A stretch of 64,000 bases of DNA from a virus (taxonomy: Duplodnaviria > Caudoviricetes). The notes under the pieces are model-generated. The model was not told the origin of the DNA, searched no databases, and was given only the letters and a program-made list of their open reading frames with translations. How positions within the stretch are numbered: position 1 is the first letter of the stretch; each line of letters starts with the position of its first letter. Shown here one piece after another: positions 29,686-40,249 of the stretch. The translations under genes were made by a program, and so were the position numbers. The stretch covers positions 1,559-65,558 of the IMG/VR virus record IMGVR_UViG_2909633642_000001; one strand, 5' to 3'.

Positions 29686-29715
29686 GCACCTGTTGAGGGG
29701 GTCTGGTGAACCCCG

Positions 29716-29760
29716 GTTAACCCACCTCATCCCGACCCAGTGGGCAAGATTGGGAGCATC
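29716..29760 (+). promoter_or_regulatory. Putative late promoter motif upstream of gpJ
   Basis: GTTAACC-N20-GGCAAGATTGGGAGCATC. Confidence 0.6.
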
Positions 29761-29776
29761 CCCACCCATCCCGACC

Positions 29777-30901
29777 ATGGCCCAACCCACCTTCGTCACC
29801 GTTGACCCATCCGCCACCGTTCAGGAGTTGATCGACCGCTTTCAATCCGAGACAGGGCGTACTCTGTTCCCCGGGCAATACGAGCGGCTGCTGATCAACC
29901 TGATTGGCTACCAAGCCCTGTTACTCAAGACCGCGATCCAGGACACAGGGGAGCAAAACCTTGTCGAGTTCGCGAGAGGGGTCAATCTGGAGAACCTAGG
30001 GCGGTTGTTGGGGGTTGAACGTCTACCGGCTCAATCGGCACGCACAACCCTGCTGTTGACCCTGGAATCGACCGCTCCCGTACCGGTCTCGATTCCCGCT
30101 GGTCTGAGGGTAGCGGCCACAGATGGGCCGGTCTTCATCACGACAGCGGCTAGGGTCATCCCCATGGGTGGCTCTACCGCCATCATCCCGTCCGTTGCTG
30201 TCGAGCCGGGCCCCGCTGCTAACGGGTACGCACCCGGCACGGTGATCGAGGTGATCGATCCGTTGCCATCGGGGTTGGGGTACTCGATCACCAATCAGAC
30301 CGCCACGGACGGGGGCGCTGAGATTGAGGATGACGAAAACCTGAGAGAGCGGATCATCCTAGCCCCTGAGAGCTTCAGCAATGCCGGGTCGGTGGGGGCG
30401 TATGAATTTTGGGCGCGGTCGGCTTCGCAGGATGTGATCGACGCAGCCGTGCGGGGGGTGAGTCTGTCTGAGACACCCCTACCAGGGGAGCCAACCCCGG
30501 GTGAGGTCTGGATTTACCCCTTGAGCCGATCGGGACTCCCATCGGAAGAGGTCAAGGCACTGGTGGCCGCGTCGGTGTCTGCGGAACGGGTGAGGCCCTT
30601 GACCGATTGGGTGCAAATCAAAAATCCCGAACGGATACCGTTCGGGATTGAGGTGGCTATTGTGCTGGCGACCGGGGCGGATGCACCCACGGTGCAAGGC
30701 GGTGTCGAGTCGGCGCTGACGGCCTTGGCTGCTGAATGGCGGTCACGGTTGGGCCAGCGAGTGACGGCGAGTCAAATTATCTGTGCTGCTCAGGACGTGC
30801 CGGGTGTGGTCAGCGTCGGACTGGTTTCGCCTGAGTCTGACTTGGTGTTGGATCGGTGGGAATGGGCCGATTGCACGGGGGTGGTGGTGGGAGTGGGTTA
30901 G
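29777..30901 (+). CDS. Baseplate J-like protein
   Basis: GRTL.PGQ.ERLLI, FARG.NLE.LG, GGAEIE.DE.LRERI.LAPE.FS.AGS.GAY.FWA motifs; ATG at 29777. Confidence 0.93.
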   Translation: MAQPTFVTVDPSATVQELIDRFQSETGRTLFPGQYERLLINLIGYQALLLKTAIQDTGEQNLVEFARGVNLENLGRLLGVERLPAQSARTTLLLTLESTAPVPVSIPAGLRVAATDGPVFITTAARVIPMGGSTAIIPSVAVEPGPAANGYAPGTVIEVIDPLPSGLGYSITNQTATDGGAEIEDDENLRERIILAPESFSNAGSVGAYEFWARSASQDVIDAAVRGVSLSETPLPGEPTPGEVWIYPLSRSGLPSEEVKALVAASVSAERVRPLTDWVQIKNPERIPFGIEVAIVLATGADAPTVQGGVESALTALAAEWRSRLGQRVTASQIICAAQDVPGVVSVGLVSPESDLVLDRWEWADCTGVVVGVG

Positions 30902-30936
30902 TCCGGGTTGAAGCGGTTGGCGCGTGATCGGTTGGG

Positions 30937-31518
30937 TTAGTGCAGGTACACCGCCCCGCCACCTGATGCCAGCTCGAACGCTTTTTGCCAGTCAGCGTAA
31001 CGCTTTCGGAACCACAGATTGTCGTGGGTGTTGGCTTTGGCTTCAAAGTCAGCAAAGTCTTTGGCGAGCTTTTGACAGTAGCCCGTCCCGATCACGCCAG
31101 CGCTGGAAAAGTCAATCAACTCGGAAAATGGCCCATCTCCAGACTTGACCCATTCAGACGGACTACCCAACCCTTCAGCCCAGTCCTGTAGGCGACGGGC
31201 CATTTGTTGAGGGGTGGTCACCACCCGCCCATCACGAATTGCGGACAGCTCACCAATGAGTTGATCGAGGAATTCCTTGGGCGGGGCATACCCAGCAAGG
31301 CGGGCCAGTTCGTCTAACCAGTCGCCATAGCCATGCCCACTCCCGGCGCAAAAGCAATGGCAGTCTTCAAAGCGGTAGTAGCCGTCATTAATCCCTCCTG
31401 CCAGATCGGGCGGCCCGTCGCTGACAAAAAGCTGTGTTACGCCGTCCGGCAGTTCGTCGTTGTCGTTGTAGCCTTCAACTCGAACAATCCGGCTGTATGC
31501 GGTCACGTATAGTCCCAT
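30937..31518 (-). CDS. Conserved phage protein of unknown function
   Basis: MGL.VTAY...F.AGS..GY..W...LA...GPF.ELI.FS..G.IG pattern; ATCGAG leader. Confidence 0.7.
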   Translation of the reverse strand: MGLYVTAYSRIVRVEGYNDNDELPDGVTQLFVSDGPPDLAGGINDGYYRFEDCHCFCAGSGHGYGDWLDELARLAGYAPPKEFLDQLIGELSAIRDGRVVTTPQQMARRLQDWAEGLGSPSEWVKSGDGPFSELIDFSSAGVIGTGYCQKLAKDFADFEAKANTHDNLWFRKRYADWQKAFELASGGGAVYLH

Positions 31519-31572
31519 GGTTGCTGCTCCTGCTTGAGCGGGTCTCGATAGGTGTGGACAGAATCGGACGGG

Positions 31573-32356
31573 TCAAGCTCTCGCCATCACCCCTTGCAAC
31601 CATTCCAGCCACTCAAGGGCGGATCGAATGTTGCGGAATTGGGGGCGGGGGCTTTCGAGTAGTTCGATGTCAACACGGTTGGCGTGGTAGCCAGCGCTTT
31701 CGTTCCAGTGCGTCACTTTCAGGATTTCGCTCTCCCCGTCTTCCAGCATTCCAACATACGTGGTTTCGTGTTGACTGGAATCCAAATCCCAACTTAGACG
31801 GGGGAACATCTCTTGCAATCGGGCAAAAACTTGATCGGGTGTCATGAGTGGTTCTCGGTCGGTAGGTTGGCAATCCCGTCTCGCAGCCAGTCGATTAATG
31901 GTTCAAAGGAGCCAAAGCATTTCGCGTCCTCGTAGCCATCCTTTGAGTACCAAGCAGACCAGTGATCGTCATCTAGTTTGCTGATGTAGATTTCATCGCT
32001 GCCAGCCGCCAAGGTGAATCCCTTAGAACCAGCCCCGACAATCTCCCAACCGGGAAAGTAGTCTTGGGCAACTAAGGCGGCCGCCTCCATCGCTGTTTTG
32101 TGTTTTGTGATCGTGATCGGGCGGCTGGGGTCATGCATGGGTGGGTCTCGACTTGGGTGGCTTAATCGGGGCCTTGCGGCCCCGGCGACGTTTACTCGAA
32201 CTCTAGCTCACTCAGGCGAGCCTCAAGCTCCGGGGTTGGCTCCGGCTCTCGCCAGTCGTGCTCAGGTTCGGGCGTGACCCGTTCCCGTGCTTCAGTCCAG
32301 AGCTGTTCCCAGTTCGGTTCGGTATAGCCAAAATCCAGCGCTTGCAGGTCAGTCAT
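31573..32356 (-). CDS. Three short leftward early genes (31573-31845, 31842-32138, 32192-32356)
   Basis: Coupled or promoter-proximal ORFs downstream of the promoter at 32412-32425. Confidence 0.6.
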
Positions 32357-32361
32357 CTTGG

Positions 32362-32566
32362 GTTTGAGCGGTGCGCTCTCTGAACTCGATGAATCTAATA
32401 TATCCTGTATGCCTCGGAATGTCAACAGATAAAATGATTAAATCTGATTATATAAATCTGGAATTGATGAATCAAAATATTATCGATTGAGCCATTGACA
32501 TTCCGATGTATGCGGGATATATTGAATATATCGAGTTCAGAGCGCACCGCTCAAAACAAATGACTG
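32362..32566. promoter_or_regulatory. Divergent early promoter pair in a ~75-bp inverted repeat
   Basis: TTGACA-17nt-TATATT on both strands (32425 minus, 32495 plus), with near-identical leaders through ATGACTGA. Confidence 0.85.
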
Positions 32567-34084
32567 AATCACAAATCGAAGCAGCCAACGACACCCGCAA
32601 CATTGCCAACCTCCGCGAAATCGCCCCAGTTGGCTCTCAGTGGAAGAACAGGGCGACGGGTGAGACAGTGACAGTAACGCGGGTGTATACGTGCTACGAC
32701 AACCAGGAAATCCAGATCGAAGGTCGAAAGACCGGGTACGAACCCCGCACGTTCTTTAACGAACACCGCCGCGCATAATCCGATCGGGGCCGAAAGGCCC
32801 CAGTCCATCCAATCCTGTCCATGCCCCTTGTCCCGTCCAATCTGGGCGGGACTTGCTTTGTTCAACCCCTTGTCCCGCAAGCGTTTCAGCTAATTTCAAA
32901 AAATATCTGGTTGAAGGGGTTGACATTCCGATGCATACAGGATATATTAGATTCATCGAGTTCGAGAGACACCCATGAACGACCGCCAAACCGCGATTTC
33001 TGCTCACCTGCGTTCTGCCATCGAAAGCAGCGCCGCGCCCAAACTGGCAGATGACGAAATTTCCACGCTTCAGGAGTTTCTGCATAAGCTCGAAGCCGCT
33101 GGCGACATTCAAGGGCTGACCCAGATCATCATGCAAGCGACGGGAGCGATTCAGCGGATCAACAGCCGCTAAGGTTCACGCGGGGCGGGCGATCCGCCCC
33201 CTTTCCAGATTTTTCGCCCCGGCTGTAGCCGGTTAAATCCAACCATGACCGCACAATTTTGGAATCCGTTTGACCCCAATGACCCGGACACTTGGCCCGC
33301 TGACGAGCAGGAAGTGCTGTGCCTTGAGGACGGCGAGATTAGCGCTTCCACCGTCTGGGCTGCCTTTTGGCAGGACGGAGATTTCTACAGCTACGACGGC
33401 GGTGAGCTGGCCTCGCTGCTCGAAGATTTGGATTTAGAAGTCACCCATTGGGCGGCAATCCCGCCCCTGCTCTAACTCACCCGTCCGGGCCGCCCCGGAC
33501 TCACCCATCCCGGCCGCGGCCGGTTGAATCTATGACCCGTCCGACCATCGACCGAACGACCAAGACCGCCCCGTTGAACGCACTGAGAAAACAGATTCCG
33601 CCCGGATCTGTCTGGGCGCACCCAGATGGTGACAGCTTGCTTAAAGTGAAATCTGTGACGCGACTAGGCGTAGAGGTTGAAGGGCTTGCCCGCCCGGTTC
33701 CCACGGATTTCTTTTTGTCAAACTTTAAGCCGAGGCAAGACCCAGAAGAGATGCTGCCCGGAGAGTTGGCGCTTTCCTGCTGTGCCTTTAATCCTCGGCA
33801 GAAGGAAAGCGTTGATCTCTGTCGAAAATCCTGGCAGTTGTGCCAATCCGCCCATGGATAAGACTGCCCTGACTGACGCGACCGGCTGGTGCTGGGAATC
33901 AATCAATGGCTTTTGGGTGGCTCACATCGGCTCCATCCCCATCGCCACGGTCATGGCCACCGACACTCATGCCGGTGGCATCATCCGCGCCAAGGGCATC
34001 GAAACCAAGTCCGGCACGATCACCGACGTACTCGATTGGCTCGAACGCCGATCACCCGATGCCACTCGGATGATGTCGCGATAG
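32560..34084 (+). CDS. Five short rightward early genes (32560-32778, 32975-33172, 33245-33475, 33532-33861, 33854-34084)
   Basis: Consecutive ORFs after early promoters at 32495 and 32920, separated by hairpins. Confidence 0.6.
32920..32948 (+). promoter_or_regulatory. Early promoter cassette
   Basis: TTGACA-TTCCGATGCATACAGGA(17)-TATATT. Confidence 0.85.
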
Positions 34085-34357
34085 TCCCAACCCCACCCTC
34101 CCAACCGCTCTAAACAGGGCGGTTTTATTTTGCCCGAAAACCCGTGAAACCCTTAAGCGCCAAGGGGTACAGCCCACCCACGCCCAGTCATTCCACCTGT
34201 GTAGTCCCGATCAAAAACCGATCAAGTTTTGACTATTTTCCCCTTGACAGTTTGACTATGGGTGTGTTTATACTCTAAATAAGAAAGCGCCCCGATCCGT
34301 ACCCGAAAGAATCGAATGGGGCGATTGAGTACCAATCTATCGAGTTAGGACACTATA

Positions 34358-35482
34358 ATGCCCGCAAAATCCACCGCCCCCAATCGCACCGCGACCGCCC
34401 CGAGTGGTTCCGTGTTGTCCCAAGACTGGCAAAATCTGACCACTCCCCTCGCTGTCGCCGTTGACATCGGCAATTCCAGCACCATCGGAGCCGCTAACGG
34501 CACTCACCTGCTGATTCCGAGTGCGTTGGTTGGGGCCAACTCCCGCACGGCTATCCCGACCGATCAAGGTTCTGCCCTGCTGCATTACGAAGCTGGCGAC
34601 TCCGTTGAATCCGTCGGTTGCCACTGGCTAGTCGGCAATGTGGCCGTCGCCACCGCTCCTACGTCCCACGCCAAAGTGGTAGACCGCCCAGACGGAAAGC
34701 TGACCTACGCGCTGCCTTTGGTTCTTGCCCAACTGGGTTTGCTGTTCCCTGACGCATCCGAAATCAGCCCCGCCGTCTTGGTCGTGGCCTTGCCCGATGC
34801 GAAAGTGCTAGCGCCCCGGATGCAATCGGTCTTGACCGGCACTCACTTGGTTCGAGTCAATGGCCGTCGGGTCACGATCACCCTGAATCGGGTTGATGTC
34901 ATCGAAGAAGGTCGCGGCGCGTTGCTTCATGCCGTAAACGCTGGAGCGATTGACGCGGCCACCGTGCGCGGCGCAACCGTGACGGTTTTGGACTTGGGTG
35001 GCGGAACCACTCTGGGCAATGCCGTGGTGCGCGGCCAATTCGTTGCCGAATCCCGAATCGTGATCAATCAAGGGGTCTATGCCCTGTGGGGGGCTATCGC
35101 TGCCGATGAAGCGCCTGGAATGATGCGAGACCGGCTAATGAACTTTGGAGACCCGACCGCCGTAGCCCGTTCGTTCGAGCGCGGGATGGTTGGCGGCGGG
35201 ATTCAGTACCTCTCGACCGGGATTGACCTCATGGCTTCGTACCATCGCCACCTTGGACAGTGGGCTAACAACACGATCACCCCGACCCTGAACGCCCTGA
35301 AGCAATGGCGTGATGAATCTGATGTGATTTTGGTGACCGGTGGTGGCGCAATGCTGCCGGGGTTGATTGAGTTGCTGCAATCCCAACCCATATTGGGGGG
35401 CAAGATTCGGCTCTGTCCTCAGCCTCGGATCGCCAATGCCTTGGGCATGGCCGCGTTCGGTCAATCCCAGATCGGAGGTTAG
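34358..35482 (+). CDS. ParM/StbA-family actin-like ATPase
   Basis: Actin motifs VDIGNS, IEEG.GA, LDLGGGTT, VTGGGA, ANALG. Confidence 0.88.
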   Translation: MPAKSTAPNRTATAPSGSVLSQDWQNLTTPLAVAVDIGNSSTIGAANGTHLLIPSALVGANSRTAIPTDQGSALLHYEAGDSVESVGCHWLVGNVAVATAPTSHAKVVDRPDGKLTYALPLVLAQLGLLFPDASEISPAVLVVALPDAKVLAPRMQSVLTGTHLVRVNGRRVTITLNRVDVIEEGRGALLHAVNAGAIDAATVRGATVTVLDLGGGTTLGNAVVRGQFVAESRIVINQGVYALWGAIAADEAPGMMRDRLMNFGDPTAVARSFERGMVGGGIQYLSTGIDLMASYHRHLGQWANNTITPTLNALKQWRDESDVILVTGGGAMLPGLIELLQSQPILGGKIRLCPQPRIANALGMAAFGQSQIGG

Positions 35483-35485
35483 GCC

Positions 35486-35761
35486 ATGTACCCCGATGTT
35501 GCAGGCACTGCCTACCTGGAAACGGCCCGCCATCGGGCCGAAATCCCCAAAAACCTTGTGCCGGTTCTGGCTGCAATCGCGGTCTACCACCGAATCGATC
35601 CAACGGAGAAGGGATGGGAGACGCGGACTGTGGAAGTATTGCTACAAGCTCTTTACTACCAAGGCATTACCCCTGCTCAACTGGCCGGGCTGGTCAAGGG
35701 GCAGAGCCTGCCGTCCCAACCTCGCCAACCCGCGTCTGCTCCCGTCTTGTCTTTGATGTGA
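35486..35761 (+). CDS. Small protein after ParM (ParR-like adaptor candidate)
   Basis: Position only; no clear RHH motif. Confidence 0.45.
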   Translation: MYPDVAGTAYLETARHRAEIPKNLVPVLAAIAVYHRIDPTEKGWETRTVEVLLQALYYQGITPAQLAGLVKGQSLPSQPRQPASAPVLSLM

Positions 35762-35766
35762 TCGTC

Positions 35767-36354
35767 ATGAACCTCAAGCAACTTCTCGAATCTGCTGAAA
35801 TTCCTCACGTTTTCGATGGCAATGTAGCCGTCTGCGGTAAAGCCAAAATTGTCGGAGTCGGTTGCGTCAAGGCATCTAGCCTCAAATGGTGTCGCGAAAT
35901 CTTGGTCAAGGCTGTTGACAATGAGAATCCTGAAAGAGTCGTGGTGTCTGTCGATGGCGGAGTGGATTACCCGAAGGGTGAAGGATTCACCATTAGTCCT
36001 GCCTTGACCCGCCCAGATGACATCAGCTTTGTTGAAAAACTTTGCCTTGCGGTTGGTCGCGTTTCACAGATTGCCGATTGGCCCGTGATCGACCCGCTGC
36101 CCTCCTTTGCCGAGTTGATGGAGCGGCTTGGGTACGAGATCCGGTACGGTAGCGCCCATGTCTCAAGCTCTATCAGCATCTTGGGTGACGAGCGCCCTCG
36201 ATACGTCGTCGTTTCCCTGTCCATTCCTAAAGGGACAGTTGAGCGCACTATCTCGACTCGCGACCCAGACTTTACCAACGTCGTCAAGTCCCAAGTTAAA
36301 TTCTTGAAATCCATTGAAGCCAGGGTGAAAGCCTCATGCTCCGATCCCTCCTAA
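35767..36354 (+). CDS. Hypothetical protein
   Basis: ORF within the operon; likely start ATG 35767. Confidence 0.55.
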   Translation: MNLKQLLESAEIPHVFDGNVAVCGKAKIVGVGCVKASSLKWCREILVKAVDNENPERVVVSVDGGVDYPKGEGFTISPALTRPDDISFVEKLCLAVGRVSQIADWPVIDPLPSFAELMERLGYEIRYGSAHVSSSISILGDERPRYVVVSLSIPKGTVERTISTRDPDFTNVVKSQVKFLKSIEARVKASCSDPS

Positions 36355-36536
36355 ACCGGGGCCGCCCTTTCGATCCCGGTCGCGACTCCGAATCAGTCCT
36401 GACGGTTGACGTTGCGGCCGTCACCGTCACCCCCCAACCGTCCCGACTGACTCGGATCGTCCGCAGAGCATGGGAAGTGTTGATCGACACCCTGGACTGC
36501 ATTGCCCGCTATCCCTATCCCCCTATCGAGATTTGA
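36336..36536 (+). CDS. Small hypothetical protein
   Basis: In-operon ORF. Confidence 0.5.
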   Translation: MLRSLLNRGRPFDPGRDSESVLTVDVAAVTVTPQPSRLTRIVRRAWEVLIDTLDCIARYPYPPIEI

Positions 36537-36539
36537 GCC

Positions 36540-36863
36540 ATGTACACCCAAGACCGAACCGCCCCTGTTCTGCCTGACATCCAACGCCCGACCCATGCTC
36601 CGATCACCGTGACGGTTGAAGTTCCGAACCAATCGCCCGCGCCCCGTCCCGTTCATGCCCCGGTATCCAATTGGCAACGGGCCATGATCATGGTGGCAAT
36701 CGTTTCCACGGTTGGGATGATCGCCGTTCCCGTAGGGGTCACGATTGGGCGAAATATGGCCAGCGCTGAAATTAATCAAGCCAATGGGGCTAAGGTTGCG
36801 GCCGAAAAAGCGCTTGATGCCAACCGCGCTCAGATCGAAAATTTTTGCAAGAGCGTGAAGTAG
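36540..36863 (+). CDS. Single-TM protein with C-terminal coiled coil
   Basis: Hydrophobic AMIMVAIVSTVGMIAVPVGV segment. Confidence 0.7.
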   Translation: MYTQDRTAPVLPDIQRPTHAPITVTVEVPNQSPAPRPVHAPVSNWQRAMIMVAIVSTVGMIAVPVGVTIGRNMASAEINQANGAKVAAEKALDANRAQIENFCKSVK

Positions 36864-36901
36864 TTCCGATCCACCCGTTCATCCCCTATCGAGTTCAGAC
36901 C

Positions 36902-37267
36902 ATGTACACCCAACACCCCACGCCTCAAAACGTCACCTACAAAACGGTGATGGCCCCAAGCACCGAAGCGTTGCCCCGTCGCCTGACGATCCAAGACGCG
37001 CCTAGCTTGCTCGATTCCCTTCTGCCAAAATCCAAGACTGACCTCGCCAGTCGCGTCTTGATCACCTTGGCATCAGGCCATATCTCAGGCTTGCTGCTAC
37101 GACTCTTGCCCGTCAGTCCTGTGGCTATTGCCTTGACCCTGACGGTGATCGTTGTTGCCACCTTGTCCCTGTGGTGCGTGGCCAAGTACGCCCCGCAATC
37201 AAACGCGGTCGTTGCGGCAATCGTGGCCATCTACGGAGTCGGGTTTGTCCTGACTTGGGTGGCTTAG
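36902..37267 (+). CDS. Multi-TM membrane protein
   Basis: About three hydrophobic helices; starts MYTQ like the preceding gene. Confidence 0.7.
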   Translation: MYTQHPTPQNVTYKTVMAPSTEALPRRLTIQDAPSLLDSLLPKSKTDLASRVLITLASGHISGLLLRLLPVSPVAIALTLTVIVVATLSLWCVAKYAPQSNAVVAAIVAIYGVGFVLTWVA

Positions 37268-38974
37268 ATGAGCCTCACTCCCCACGGACGCATCCCGGCC
37301 CTGGCCTCCCTCGCGGTCGGGTCGGCCCTTCTCGCCTCTGGCGTGGCCGCGTCCCATCCCGCCATTCGTTTGTCTTGCGCGGCCGGCTCCCTTGGGGCTG
37401 GTCTCGCTGCCCATGTTTCAGACCGCAAGCGCCGTGAATGGTCTCGCGTGGCCAGCACGATCACCGCCGCTCGATCTGAAACCTTGGCCGCTCAACTGGC
37501 TTACGGCTCACCCAAGACCGAATCCCCTCAATTCACTCCGATTGCCCTCCCTTCGTCGCAACCCGGACTGGCTGGCGAGATCGAGCGGTTCTATGCCGCG
37601 CGGGGCATCCCAGTTGGGACTTCCGAAATGCCACCGGCTCCGGCCTTTCGTCGGGTCGGGCTGGTGTTGGGGCACGACAAATCGGGCAAACCCATCGACC
37701 CCAACCAAATCATGACGGACGCGCTCTTGACCGGGCTGCAATTGGCGCTCGGGTTAGACCGGCAACCGTCCGTCACGATTTCATCGCTCGGGCTGGTGAT
37801 GGAAATTCCCAGACCCGACCGGGAAGTTTTCCGCTATGCCGAAATGGCGTTCACCCGTCCCGATGGAGTTAGCCCTCATTGGCTCTTTGGGGTCGGGATG
37901 GATGGGACTCCGATCACCGCACCCTTAACCGAAGTGGTCGGCTCGATCACGGCCGGTGCATCCGGGTCGGGCAAGACCAGTATCGACACATCGGCCATGG
38001 CCTACCTCTGTGAGACCTACTCGCCTGATGAGGTTGAAATCTGGCTGGCTGATTTCCAGGGCGGCGCATCGTTTGAGTTGGATATTGACCAGATCCCGCA
38101 CGTCACCCGCCCGATGGTGCAAGACCCGGTGGATTTGGTGGCGGCCATCGCTGAATTTGCCGCTGAATCGGATCGCCGGTTGGCGCTGTTCAATGCCAAT
38201 GGGGTCAAGTCTTGGGTGGAGTACCGTGCGAAGTTCCCCGCTGAACGGATGCCCTACTTGATCCTCTGGATTGAAGAGGCGTTCTCCTACCTGCAATCTG
38301 AGGTTGGAAAGGCACTGGCCAATGAGCTGTCGGCTCTCGCGTCTCGCGTCCGCAAGACCGGGCTGATGTTGCACTTAGTGATTCAGTCGCCATCCAAAGT
38401 TGTCTTGCCCGATGGGTTCTCTGCCCTACGCGACAATCTCCCCACCCGTCACGTTGGTCGGATGGAATCGGCCCTTGGCCGTGCCGTGATCGGTGAATCG
38501 ACAATGCCCACGATGTCATTGTTGGGCAAGGGCGATTCCCTTCTGCAATGCCCTGCAATCTCCGGCGTGGTTCGTGTGCAAGGGTTGCTGGTCAGTCCTG
38601 ACGACCGTGACCCGATCACCGCTCGGATCGTGACGAAGTGGGGTGAGCGCTCCAATCCCGTGACGGAATCGTTCAACCGCGCCCTGACGGTTAAGCCTGA
38701 GCCGTTGGCGACTGACCTGCTGCCAACGGAACTAGCCACCCAACCCACGATCACCTCAGCAGAGCGGGCCCGCGTTCTATCGGCATGGCGACTGATTCAG
38801 CCCGACCGCAAGCCGTCCTTGGAAAAGTTGGTGAAATCGGTTTGGGATGTATCGAAGGGTGGTGGCACATCGGGCAAAAATGCGGCCTACCCCGCCGCCT
38901 GCGATAAGGCCGTGCGAATCCTGAAGGATGCCAACCCCAAAGGATGGAACCCACCCAAGCATTGGAACCGCTGA
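37268..38974 (+). CDS. FtsK/SpoIIIE-family DNA translocase-like ATPase (TraB/TcpA-like)
   Basis: N-terminal hydrophobic hairpin; GASGSGKT Walker A, D..GG..F, ILWIEEA Walker B, RK.G..L....Q.P, LLGKGD.L. Confidence 0.9.
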   Translation: MSLTPHGRIPALASLAVGSALLASGVAASHPAIRLSCAAGSLGAGLAAHVSDRKRREWSRVASTITAARSETLAAQLAYGSPKTESPQFTPIALPSSQPGLAGEIERFYAARGIPVGTSEMPPAPAFRRVGLVLGHDKSGKPIDPNQIMTDALLTGLQLALGLDRQPSVTISSLGLVMEIPRPDREVFRYAEMAFTRPDGVSPHWLFGVGMDGTPITAPLTEVVGSITAGASGSGKTSIDTSAMAYLCETYSPDEVEIWLADFQGGASFELDIDQIPHVTRPMVQDPVDLVAAIAEFAAESDRRLALFNANGVKSWVEYRAKFPAERMPYLILWIEEAFSYLQSEVGKALANELSALASRVRKTGLMLHLVIQSPSKVVLPDGFSALRDNLPTRHVGRMESALGRAVIGESTMPTMSLLGKGDSLLQCPAISGVVRVQGLLVSPDDRDPITARIVTKWGERSNPVTESFNRALTVKPEPLATDLLPTELATQPTITSAERARVLSAWRLIQPDRKPSLEKLVKSVWDVSKGGGTSGKNAAYPAACDKAVRILKDANPKGWNPPKHWNR

Positions 38975-39312
38975 TGAATCCCCTACATTCCCATTCCCGC
39001 GCGTACAAGTCCTACATCCTGTCGTCTGATTGGTACGCCCGCCGTCGCGCCGTCCTGAAGATTTGGCGCAATCGGTGCGCCCTGTTCCCCTGGCTGAAGG
39101 CAGAAGAATGCCATCATTTAACGTACCGAAATCTCACCCGCGAAATGCCGTGGCGTGACTGCCTACCGCTCTCAAAGGCGGCCCACCGGCTGGTGCATCA
39201 TCCGATCTTTTGGCAATCTCGCAAGCCTCACTCGATCCGCCGCCGTGGCTTCAACCTACTGTGGAGGGGCTGGAGTCTGGTCACTTGGGTGATAGTCCGA
39301 GTGTTGCGATGA
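38974..39312 (+). CDS. HNH-like endonuclease
   Basis: YI.S..W...R..VL.....C......CHH.TY.......D..PL...AH..VH. Confidence 0.75.
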   Translation: MNPLHSHSRAYKSYILSSDWYARRRAVLKIWRNRCALFPWLKAEECHHLTYRNLTREMPWRDCLPLSKAAHRLVHHPIFWQSRKPHSIRRRGFNLLWRGWSLVTWVIVRVLR

Positions 39313-39475
39313 ACATACTTTGAGTCTGTTCGACTAACCGCTCTCGAAAGGGTGCGGTTTTATTTTGAATAAGCCTGTGATGATAGTTGAGATATGATAT
39401 GAAAACAACGAACCCGCTGGGTACTGGAAATACCACAGCGGGTTCTGTCCACGGAATCCTGATAGAGAGGAACCC

Positions 39476-40249
39476 ATGACTAGCTCTAATTCTAAGACCC
39501 CGCGCGCAAAAGTTGCTCCCGTCAAGATCGGAGAGCATGAGATCCAGGGGTTGATGGATCACGAAGGGAATTTTTTCGTTGCCGCATCCCAAGTTGCTGA
39601 GTTTTTTCAGTTCGCCAAGACCAATGCCACTAGAGAGGTCAAATCCTTGCTAGGCGAGGATTTCCAGTTATTCAAGCTTGTCTCGGAACTCAACCCCAAG
39701 GCTGTCAACGTCATTAACCTTGAAGCGCTCAATCTCGTTACCAAGCGCTTGGCCCGCAAAGGGAACCAAAAGGCGGTTGCGGTTGATGATGCTCTGGGAC
39801 TGAACAGTTGGGCGGAACTCTTCTGTGATGCGTTCGATATTGAGACGGGCAAGGCGGAACGCTCCCGACGGATTGCCGATCGCATCAAGTCGGTTGCCTG
39901 CCGTGATGAACTGACGGATTCCATCAAGGCGTACTGCCGTCGCCACCCGGAACTGTCTGAAAACGAGCGCAAATGGATGTACAAAAACGCGACAGACCGG
40001 CTGTATGCCGTGCTGACTGGGATTCGCGCTTGCGATTTGCGACGGGTTCACGGGATGGAGCCTGGAGCCAATGTTCGCGAGTGGCTGCGTTCCACAAATC
40101 AGCGCAAAGCGGTGATGCTGGTGTCGGCAATGGAGACCAGCGCGGCCATGTTGATCGATGACGATGCCCACCCCGACAACGTGATCGAAGCCGTTGCGTC
40201 AGTCCATGCCGGACGGCTTTCGTATCTCTGCCAACCGCTAGCCGCCTAA
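39476..40249 (+). CDS. Antirepressor-like DNA-binding protein
   Basis: V.IG..EI.G.MD.EG.F.VA..QVA N-terminus; preceded by the antirepressor-type leader hairpin. Confidence 0.6.
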   Translation: MTSSNSKTPRAKVAPVKIGEHEIQGLMDHEGNFFVAASQVAEFFQFAKTNATREVKSLLGEDFQLFKLVSELNPKAVNVINLEALNLVTKRLARKGNQKAVAVDDALGLNSWAELFCDAFDIETGKAERSRRIADRIKSVACRDELTDSIKAYCRRHPELSENERKWMYKNATDRLYAVLTGIRACDLRRVHGMEPGANVREWLRSTNQRKAVMLVSAMETSAAMLIDDDAHPDNVIEAVASVHAGRLSYLCQPLAA

